Below, piece after piece: positions 36,443-42,907 of a stretch of 64,000 bases of DNA (the first letter of the stretch is position 1; every line of letters starts with the position of its first letter). Source of the DNA: an uncultured Candidatus Saccharibacteria bacterium. Its GTDB lineage: Bacteria; Patescibacteriota; Minisyncoccia; Minisyncoccales; JAGMDC01. The notes below the pieces were generated by a model. That model had not been told where the DNA came from and made no database searches. It saw only the letters and a program-made list of their open reading frames with translations. Both the position numbers and the translations under genes were made by a program. The stretch lies in NCBI GenBank assembly GCA_964615205.1, contig CAZTQA010000001.1, positions 64,510-128,509 of the forward strand. Reading direction: 5' to 3'.

Positions 36443-36448
36443 TAATAT

Positions 36449-36889
36449 ATGGAAAGAATTATTATTACTTCAATGGGATCGGATTTAAATTCAGCGGTTT
36501 CGCCTGTTTTTGGAAGATGCAGTTTCTTTCTGGTTATTGACGAGAAGAAGAAGCTGGAGAAGAGTATTCCCAATTCAGCTCTTCAGGCTATAAGAGGCGC
36601 TGGTATTGCAGCTGCCCAAGTTGTGGTAAGTGAGGGAGTAAAGGCAGTTATTACGGGCAATGTTGGACCGAATGCTTTTGTCGTGCTCAAGGATTCCGGA
36701 GTAAGGCTTTACAATGGTACTGGGATGAGTGTTAAGCAAGCTATAGAAGGATTTGAACAAAACCAGCTTTCTGAAATTAGTGTTTCCGCTGGTCGTTTTG
36801 GTCCAGGCGGAGGAGGAATGGGCAGAGGAGCTGGTGGAGCTGGTGGAACTGGTGGAGGTGGTGGCAGAGCTTTTGGAAGAGAATTATGA
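36449..36889 (+). CDS. NifB/NifX-type (dinitrogenase FeMo-cofactor-binding fold) protein with Gly-rich tail
   Basis: ..VSPVFGRC.FF.V....AGIAAAQ.V...GVKAVITGN.GPNAF..L...G pattern. C-terminal GPGGGGMGRGAGGAGGTGGGGGRAFG. Confidence 0.7.
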   Translation: MERIIITSMGSDLNSAVSPVFGRCSFFLVIDEKKKLEKSIPNSALQAIRGAGIAAAQVVVSEGVKAVITGNVGPNAFVVLKDSGVRLYNGTGMSVKQAIEGFEQNQLSEISVSAGRFGPGGGGMGRGAGGAGGTGGGGGRAFGREL

Positions 36890-37710
36890 AAACGATCGCT
36901 CTTACGGGAGGCAAAGGCGGGACAGGCAAATCAACCGTAGCTGTTTTGTTAGCTAAAGGTTTTCTTAAAAAAGGAAAACGGGTTTTGCTTTGTGATTGTG
37001 ATGTTGAATGCCCTAATGATTATTTGTTAATCAATCAAAAGCTAAAAAAACCAGTTAAAAAAATCTATGCTTATTTTCCAGTTTTAGATAAGAAGAAATG
37101 TCAGAAATGCGGTCTTTGCAGAGAAACTTGTCAGAGCAATGCCATTTTTCAGAAACCGGGTTCATTTCCGGTTTTTATTAAAGATTTATGTTCAGCCTGC
37201 GGCGCTTGCTGGCAGGTTTGTCCTTTTAAAGCTATTAAACCTAAAAAAGAAGAAGTAGGGAAAGTATATTTAAATACAATATCCAAACTTTGGCTGGTTA
37301 CAGGAATGGCTAAACCTGGCTTAGAAGAAACCGGCCCTGTTGTCAGTCAGGTTAAAGAATGGACCTTAGATTTGGCTCGGAAGGTAAAAGCAGATTATGT
37401 TTTATTTGATACCGCAGCCGGTATTCATTGTCCTGTAATCAGCGCCTTAATGGATTGTAATTTGGCTTATTTAGTTACAGAACCCACGCCTATGGGTATC
37501 CATGACCTGAAATTAGTTTTAGATTTGTGCCGAAAACTGAAAGTGCCGGCAGAAATAATTATTAATCAATCTGATTTAGGGGATAAAAAAGAGATTAAGA
37601 AAATAGCTCAAAAGTTTAAGATTAAGATAAAAAAAGAAATTCCTTATTCAAAAGAAATAGTCCAAGCTTATTCCCAAGGAAATTTGCTTAAAATAAATGA
37701 AAAGATTTAA
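36886..37710 (+). CDS. MinD/ParA-type P-loop ATPase with two inserted 4Fe-4S ferredoxin motifs
   Basis: GGKGGTGKST Walker A; CQKCGLCRETC and CSACGACWQVCP. Confidence 0.75.
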   Translation: MKTIALTGGKGGTGKSTVAVLLAKGFLKKGKRVLLCDCDVECPNDYLLINQKLKKPVKKIYAYFPVLDKKKCQKCGLCRETCQSNAIFQKPGSFPVFIKDLCSACGACWQVCPFKAIKPKKEEVGKVYLNTISKLWLVTGMAKPGLEETGPVVSQVKEWTLDLARKVKADYVLFDTAAGIHCPVISALMDCNLAYLVTEPTPMGIHDLKLVLDLCRKLKVPAEIIINQSDLGDKKEIKKIAQKFKIKIKKEIPYSKEIVQAYSQGNLLKINEKI

Positions 37711-38545
37711 ATTAGCCATAGCTTCTGGTAAAGGAGGAGTAGGAAAGTCAATGCTTTCTTCAGTTTTAGCAGTTCTCTTTTCGGATAAAAAAAAGATAGT
37801 GGCTGTGGACTGTGATGTGGATGCACCTAATTTAGCCATTTGGCTTAACGAAGGCAGAGAATGGAAAACAAGGAAAAAAGTTTATACTTCTTCCAAAGCA
37901 GTGATAGATTACAGAAAGTGTACTGGTTGTGGATTGTGTGCTGATGTCTGCAGGTTTAGGGCTATTAAAATGGTCAAGGGCAAACCTGTAATTAATCCCT
38001 TTTTGTGTGAAGGATGCGCGGCTTGCAAGGTTGTCTGTCCCCAGAAAGCCATCAGCTTAAAAAAAGTCAGGAATGGAGAAATTAAGATTAAAAAAACCAA
38101 GCACGGCTTTTATTTAATAGCGGGCCAGCTTGTGCCTGGAGAAACCGGTTCTGGAAAAATAGTAGCCCAATTAAAACAGGAAGCTGAGAAAATAAAGCAT
38201 GATCTGGCTATTATTGATTCAGCTCCAGGAACCGGCTGTCCGGTTATTGCTTCTTTACAGGGCGTAGATTATGTGGTTTTGATTACTGAACCCACTCCTT
38301 CTGGGGTGAGCGATTTAAAAAGAACCTTGGAAGTAGTCAGTCATTTCGGGATTAACTGGGGATTAGTTATTAATAAATGGGATGTTAATCCGGATTTAAC
38401 CCAGAAAATAGAGAAAGAATTTAAATCCAGAAACATAGGGAAGATATCTTATGACAAGGATATTTTTAAAATGAAGATAAGCTCTAAGATAAGGAAAGAG
38501 ATTGATAATATATTTAAACACCTATTGACTATCTTTTCGGCTTAA
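37697..38545 (+). CDS. MinD/ParA-type P-loop ATPase with two inserted 4Fe-4S ferredoxin motifs (paralog)
   Basis: SGKGGVGKSM Walker A; CTGCGLCADVC and CEGCAACKVVCP. Confidence 0.75.
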   Translation: MKRFKLAIASGKGGVGKSMLSSVLAVLFSDKKKIVAVDCDVDAPNLAIWLNEGREWKTRKKVYTSSKAVIDYRKCTGCGLCADVCRFRAIKMVKGKPVINPFLCEGCAACKVVCPQKAISLKKVRNGEIKIKKTKHGFYLIAGQLVPGETGSGKIVAQLKQEAEKIKHDLAIIDSAPGTGCPVIASLQGVDYVVLITEPTPSGVSDLKRTLEVVSHFGINWGLVINKWDVNPDLTQKIEKEFKSRNIGKISYDKDIFKMKISSKIRKEIDNIFKHLLTIFSA

Positions 38546-38619
38546 TTTAAGCTAATATATAGGGGAAATATAGAATAAAGGTCGAGGACTTATAATATCA
38601 TAATCATTTTTATTTTATT

Positions 38620-38787
38620 ATGGCTGAAAAAATTACAGCATATTGCGTAAAGTGTAAAGCTAAAAGAGAAATACAAGATCCCAAGGAAGTAACTATGAAG
38701 GGTAAAGGCGGAATGAAGAGAAGAGCTATGACAGGCACTTGCCCCAAATGTGGAACCAAGATGTTTAGAATAATGGGCAATAAATAG
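38620..38787 (+). CDS. Small zinc-ribbon protein (55 aa; DUF5679-like)
   Basis: Not in the ORF track (<60 aa). MAEKITAYCVKCKAKREIQDPKEVTMKGKGGMKRRAMTGTCPKCGTKMFRIMGNK has two CxxC pairs and is followed by a strong terminator. Confidence 0.6.
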   Translation: MAEKITAYCVKCKAKREIQDPKEVTMKGKGGMKRRAMTGTCPKCGTKMFRIMGNK

Positions 38788-38815
38788 GGATTTTAGAGTA
38801 CTCTGAAATTCAAAT

Positions 38816-38846
38816 CCCGATGCCGTTAGCACGGTATCGGGTTTTG
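38816..38846 (+). terminator. Intrinsic terminator
   Basis: CCCGATGCCGT-tagc-ACGGTATCGGG (11 bp, one G:U pair) followed by TTTT. Confidence 0.8.
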
Positions 38847-39000
38847 CTTTCTAAATAAGAGAAGGGCAAAAAAATGCCCATAAGTGTGATATAGGAGATC
38901 CTTCATCAGCCTACTTCTTTAATGTTGGGAGGATAAAGTTATGGCTTCAGGATTCTCCTGTTCTCAGGATAGCTTATCCCTCTTATATTGTCAAGTAAAA

Positions 39001-39009
39001 TGCTATAAT
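39001..39009 (+). promoter_or_regulatory. Extended -10 (TGcTATAAT) exactly 6 nt upstream of ATG 39016
   Basis: tgctataat at 39001-39009, attcca, then ATG. Supports the internal start and a leaderless mRNA. Confidence 0.5.
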
Positions 39010-39015
39010 ATTCCA

Positions 39016-39858
39016 ATGAAGGATGATAAAAAGATCGTCTTATACATCCTATGTGGATTAATTCTATCCAATATCGTGGCTTTTTATGCTATTTGGGATC
39101 TAGGGCAGTCCCAGGATCTGGAAGTAATTTTCTTTGATGTTGGCCAGGGCGACAGTATTTTTATTGAAACAGAGGGTAGATACCAGATTTTAATTGATGG
39201 AGGTCCGGATTCCACAATTTTAGAAAAATTAGGAAGAGAAATGCCTTTTTATGACCGTACACTTGAAATGGTTGTTTTAACCCATCCCGACCATGATCAT
39301 ATGGCTGGTTTGCTTGAAGTTTTGGAAAGATACAATGTGAAATATATTCTATGGACGGGTGTGATTAAAGACACTTCTGAATTTGAAAAATGGCAGGAGT
39401 TGATTAAAAAGGAAGGGGCAGAAATAATTATTGCCCAATCGGGACAGAAAATAGAACTTGGAGAAGCTTATTTAGATATTCTTTATCCTTTGGAAAACTT
39501 GGAGGGAAAAGAGTCTAAAAGTATAAATAATACCTCCATTGTCTGCCGTTTGGTTTTTGAAGACAATTCTTTTCTGTTTACCGGGGATATAGAGAAGAGC
39601 GTGGAAAGGGAATTAGTTTCCTCAAATACAGATTTAGATTCAGATTTTTTAAAAGTAGCTCATCACGGAAGCAAAACCTCTTCTTGCGAGGAATTCATTC
39701 AATCTGTCAGTCCTGAAACAGCTGTTATCCAGTGCGGAAAAGACAATAGCTATGGCCATCCCCACAAGGAAGTTTTGGAAATTTTGGAAAAGTATGATAT
39801 AACTATTTTAAGAACAGACGAACAAGGAGATATTAAATATGGATTTTCCAATCTTTAA
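39016..39858 (+). CDS. ComEC/Rec2-related metallo-beta-lactamase domain protein (MBL domain only, one N-terminal TM)
   Basis: FFDVGQGDS, THPDHDHMAGL, FTGD, KVAHHGS. Lacks the competence-channel domain of full-length ComEC. The track's N-terminal 25 aa lie upstream of the promoter-like element. Confidence 0.75.
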   Translation: MKDDKKIVLYILCGLILSNIVAFYAIWDLGQSQDLEVIFFDVGQGDSIFIETEGRYQILIDGGPDSTILEKLGREMPFYDRTLEMVVLTHPDHDHMAGLLEVLERYNVKYILWTGVIKDTSEFEKWQELIKKEGAEIIIAQSGQKIELGEAYLDILYPLENLEGKESKSINNTSIVCRLVFEDNSFLFTGDIEKSVERELVSSNTDLDSDFLKVAHHGSKTSSCEEFIQSVSPETAVIQCGKDNSYGHPHKEVLEILEKYDITILRTDEQGDIKYGFSNL

Positions 39859-40906
39859 AACAAAACAGCCAGGAGTAAAAAAGAAATTTAATTTAACTAA
39901 ACCTGAAGAACGTCAGGAATATTTTTATTTGAAGGCAGGTAAAGATATTAAAAAAGTAAGAAAATATCTGGAAAAGCATACTTTTATTATCTATCTTTTA
40001 GGAAAGAAAAACTCAGGAAAAGGAACTTATGCTAAAATGTTTGCTGAAGCAGTGGGTCCGGAAAAGGTTTTTCATTTTTCAGTAGGCGATATGATTAGAG
40101 ATATTGACGAAGAATTAAAAGACAAGAAGAAAAAAGAGGAATTAGTTCAGTTTTTAAAGAATAATTACCGGGGCTGGTTTTCTCTGGAGGAAATAATATC
40201 TGTCTTAGAGTCCAGAAACACCAAAAAATTACTTCCCACAGAATTAATCTTAGCTTTGGTTAAAAGAGAAATTGCCAGACATAAAAGAAAAGCTCTTTTC
40301 ATTGACGGTTTTCCCAGAGAAATGGATCAAATAGCTTTCACTTTATTTTTCAGGGATTTAATTGATTACCGGGACGATCCAGATATTTTCGTTTTAATTG
40401 ATGTTCCAGAAGAAGCTATTAACGAAAGAATTAAAAAAAGAAGGGTTTGTCCTGTTTGTCATACTTCAAGAAACTTAACTACTTTACCCACCGCCCAAAT
40501 TGGCTATGATAAAAAAAAGAAGGAATTTTTCTTGATCTGCGATAATCCAAAATGCAAACAGGTTAGAATGGTCAAGAAAGAGGGAGATGAAGCGGGTATT
40601 GAACCCATTAAGAAACGTTTAGCTCTGGATGGGAAACTAATTGAAAGAGCTTTTTCTCTTTACGGCGTGCCTAAAATCCTATTAAGAAATTCTATTCCAG
40701 TGGATAAGGCCCGGAACAGCGTTGATGATTATGAACTTACTCCGGAATATTTTTATCATTGGAATGAGAAAGAAAAAAAAGTTGAAATAACTAAAAAGCC
40801 CTGGATAATTAAAGACAACCAGGGCGTCAAATCTTACAGTTTAATGCCTCCACCTGTAGTGGTTTCTATGATTTCTCAATTGACAGATATTTTAGATAAG
40901 CTATAA
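39839..40906 (+). CDS. Adenylate-kinase-family protein, atypically long (355 aa)
   Basis: P-loop GKKNSGKGT, IDGFPRE, and a zinc-lid-like CPVC..CDNPKC. N- and C-terminal extensions. Confidence 0.55.
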   Translation: MDFPIFKTKQPGVKKKFNLTKPEERQEYFYLKAGKDIKKVRKYLEKHTFIIYLLGKKNSGKGTYAKMFAEAVGPEKVFHFSVGDMIRDIDEELKDKKKKEELVQFLKNNYRGWFSLEEIISVLESRNTKKLLPTELILALVKREIARHKRKALFIDGFPREMDQIAFTLFFRDLIDYRDDPDIFVLIDVPEEAINERIKKRRVCPVCHTSRNLTTLPTAQIGYDKKKKEFFLICDNPKCKQVRMVKKEGDEAGIEPIKKRLALDGKLIERAFSLYGVPKILLRNSIPVDKARNSVDDYELTPEYFYHWNEKEKKVEITKKPWIIKDNQGVKSYSLMPPPVVVSMISQLTDILDKL

Positions 40907-41128
40907 TGAAAATACAGGGGCAGTGCTTCTTTGAAAATTATATCAATAGTTTTTAACGGAGCCCTGCTGGATTATCTAGATTCTGGGACAAAATTTCTAT
41001 TTGGGGTTTGCGGTTTGTATAATCCTTGGGTTATACGACAAATCCCCACTTGGATTATTTTCCGGAGATTTCTAGAACCAGTAGGGTGTTAAGTTAAACT
41101 TTTACAAACACCGGGTGTTTGTTTTTTT
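40907..41128 (+). ncRNA. Candidate structured/untranslated RNA region ending in an intrinsic terminator
   Basis: About 220 nt with no ORF of 60 aa or more. Long imperfect hairpin GGGGTTTGcggttTGTATAA..TTATACgaCAAAtCCCC (about 41013-41057). Terminator ACAAACAC-cgg-GTGTTTGT+T6 at 41104-41128. Confidence 0.3.
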
Positions 41129-41131
41129 ATT

Positions 41132-41156
41132 AAAAAAAGGTGGCTCTTTAAGAGCC
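41132..41156 (-). terminator. Intrinsic terminator of the minus-strand gene (overlaps its stop codon)
   Basis: On the minus strand GGCTCT-taa-AGAGCC followed by ACC-T7. Confidence 0.5.
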
Positions 41157-41660
41157 AGCTTCGCCGAAAACTTCACCACCAATAACGATTGTTCCTGTTT
41201 GGAATGGTCCGTTTATTGCTAATATATTTGCTTCGCTAGTTAAAGCAATAGTTCTACCATTCTCTTGTGATGATTTGAGGGCTTGATTAGACAAGATTCT
41301 TCCTGAATCAACGAGTAAGAGCAGTGCGTTTACTCTGTCTTTTTTCTCAAGAGGCCAAAGCTTAATTTTGCAGTATGTGTTTTCAAGATTAGTTATAGTC
41401 GTGAAATCAATTCTGGCTGGTTCCTGAAATTGCATTTTTATTCGTTCGGTGACTTCAGAAGAAAAGAGTATTGGCACTTTTTTATCCTTGATTTGCGCGT
41501 CAACAGCTTTCACTAAGGGTTTTCGATGATCAAATATATGTGTTCTTGTAAACCCTTTGATTTCTAAAAGGACAAAATTCCTTTCGGAGGACAAAAGTAT
41601 TTTTGATATCTCTTCTGGTGGTATGATTATGTTTCCTGATATACCTTTATTTCTTTGCAT
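41148..41660 (-). CDS. Hypothetical protein (170 aa)
   Basis: Long ORF on the minority strand with its own terminator. No motif recognised. Visibly more G+C than its neighbours. Confidence 0.55.
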   Translation of the reverse strand: MQRNKGISGNIIIPPEEISKILLSSERNFVLLEIKGFTRTHIFDHRKPLVKAVDAQIKDKKVPILFSSEVTERIKMQFQEPARIDFTTITNLENTYCKIKLWPLEKKDRVNALLLLVDSGRILSNQALKSSQENGRTIALTSEANILAINGPFQTGTIVIGGEVFGEAGS

Positions 41661-41777
41661 TTAAGGTCCTACTTTCAGGATACAAAATCGCTTTCCAAAA
41701 AGCAAGAGGAAACCCTTGATTTTTTTGGATAAGTTATTAATATAAAAATAGCATCCAGCATAAAGAGGTGAAAAAAA

Positions 41778-42110
41778 ATGAACCATCTTTTTCTAGGAAA
41801 GGATGACATCATTGTCCTTGAATTTCCACCAGATCAACACCTTCCCACACTTTTTCCTGACATAGAAACAGCTGAAGAAAGGATATGGGGTTTAGTTATC
41901 CTTCCTAAAAGAGACAAATGGCGGTTAGAAGAACAAGAAACTTTGATTAATAGGACCCTGCTTGGCGAAAAAGGAAGCATTCTAGAGCAGCTAATCGGAG
42001 TTTTCAAACCTGGCAAATTAATCGGTTTTACCAATCTTCTGTCATATATGATAGAAGAAAGAAAAGATCTTTTTGAACGGAGCTTAGCTCGCTTTAGCGC
42101 TCAAGATTAA
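41778..42110 (+). CDS. Hypothetical protein (110 aa)
   Basis: ORF preceded by SD-like agaggtga 7 nt from the ATG and a TTGATT..TAATAT promoter-like pair. No motif recognised. Confidence 0.5.
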   Translation: MNHLFLGKDDIIVLEFPPDQHLPTLFPDIETAEERIWGLVILPKRDKWRLEEQETLINRTLLGEKGSILEQLIGVFKPGKLIGFTNLLSYMIEERKDLFERSLARFSAQD

Positions 42111-42118
42111 ACAAACCA

Positions 42119-42139
42119 GCCCTTCTGGGCCTTTTTTTA
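42119..42139 (+). terminator. Weak intrinsic terminator
   Basis: GCCC-ttct-GGGC followed by cT7. Confidence 0.45.
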
Positions 42140-42209
42140 TTATTCCCGGCGGCCGTTTATTGCCTAAAGCCCCAAAAAGAGGTAAATTAGTTATCCCCAG
42201 GAAAAGCCA

Positions 42210-42238
42210 TTGACCCAGAATAAATAGTCGGGTATCAT
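42210..42238 (+). promoter_or_regulatory. lexA promoter TTGACC-17-TATCAT, 6 nt from the ATG
   Basis: -35 at 42210-42215, -10 at 42233-42238, ATG at 42245. The spacer contains an ACCC-N13-GGGT inverted repeat (possible operator). Confidence 0.5.
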
Positions 42239-42244
42239 AAAGTA

Positions 42245-42892
42245 ATGGAAAAGCAGATAACAAAGAGACAAAAAGAACTATTATTTATTATCTACGAATA
42301 TATTAAAAATACAGGTTATCCGCCAACATTTGAAGAAATGAGAGAACGATTAAACGTTTCTTCAAATCAATCAGTAATTGATCTTCTAGAGAAATTAAAA
42401 CGAGCTAGTCTAATTAAACGTGAACAAGGTGGAGCAAGGAATATGATTATTCTTCCGTTTGGATATAAAATTCTTGGAGAACCGCCACTTCTTGCTTTTC
42501 TTGGTGTTTCTAGTGCTGGCGCGCCAATTGAGACAATAGAAATTTCTGGAGAATGGGAAACTCTATCTTCAGATGTTGATAAATTAGAGAAATTAAGTAA
42601 TGAAATTTTCCTATTGAAAATTTCAGGTGATTCTATGATTAACGCCGGGATTGAAAACGGCGATATTGTTTTAGTTAAAAATCAAAAAGAATTTGTTTCT
42701 GGCGATATTATTCTGGCTCAAATAGGTGATGAATCAACTATAAAAAGATTCATTTCAGAAGATAAACCTCCTTATATTTACTTGAAACCTGAAAATCCTG
42801 ATTACAACATAATTCCTTTTACCGAAGAAATGCAAATTAAAGGTAAAATTATTTCGGTATTAAAAAATAATTATTGGAAAAAAATTAAATAA
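42245..42892 (+). CDS. lexA: LexA-type repressor (winged HTH + S24 autopeptidase)
   Basis: LT.RQKELL.FI..Y....GYPPT..E start, Ala-Gly cleavage site (SSAGAP), catalytic GDSM Ser and TIKRF Lys. Confidence 0.85.
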   Translation: MEKQITKRQKELLFIIYEYIKNTGYPPTFEEMRERLNVSSNQSVIDLLEKLKRASLIKREQGGARNMIILPFGYKILGEPPLLAFLGVSSAGAPIETIEISGEWETLSSDVDKLEKLSNEIFLLKISGDSMINAGIENGDIVLVKNQKEFVSGDIILAQIGDESTIKRFISEDKPPYIYLKPENPDYNIIPFTEEMQIKGKIISVLKNNYWKKIK

Positions 42893-42907
42893 TTAATTTT
42901 TAAAATT

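Noticed and set aside
36753-36956. ORF encoding ..VELVELVEVVAELLEE...
   Set aside because: It is the alternative frame of the GGx-repeat DNA that encodes the Gly-rich tail of the NifX-like protein, and it overlaps the start of the next ATPase gene.
38590-38832. 80-aa minus-strand ORF from the track.
   Set aside because: The plus strand here encodes a convincing 55-aa double-CxxC zinc-ribbon protein followed by a strong plus-strand terminator. The minus ORF is its shadow.
40911-40925. Possible att duplication of the tRNA-Pro 3' end at the left edge of the accessory region (acaGGGGCAgtgc versus tcGGGGCAcccgg).
   Set aside because: Only 6 nt match, which is not distinguishable from chance.
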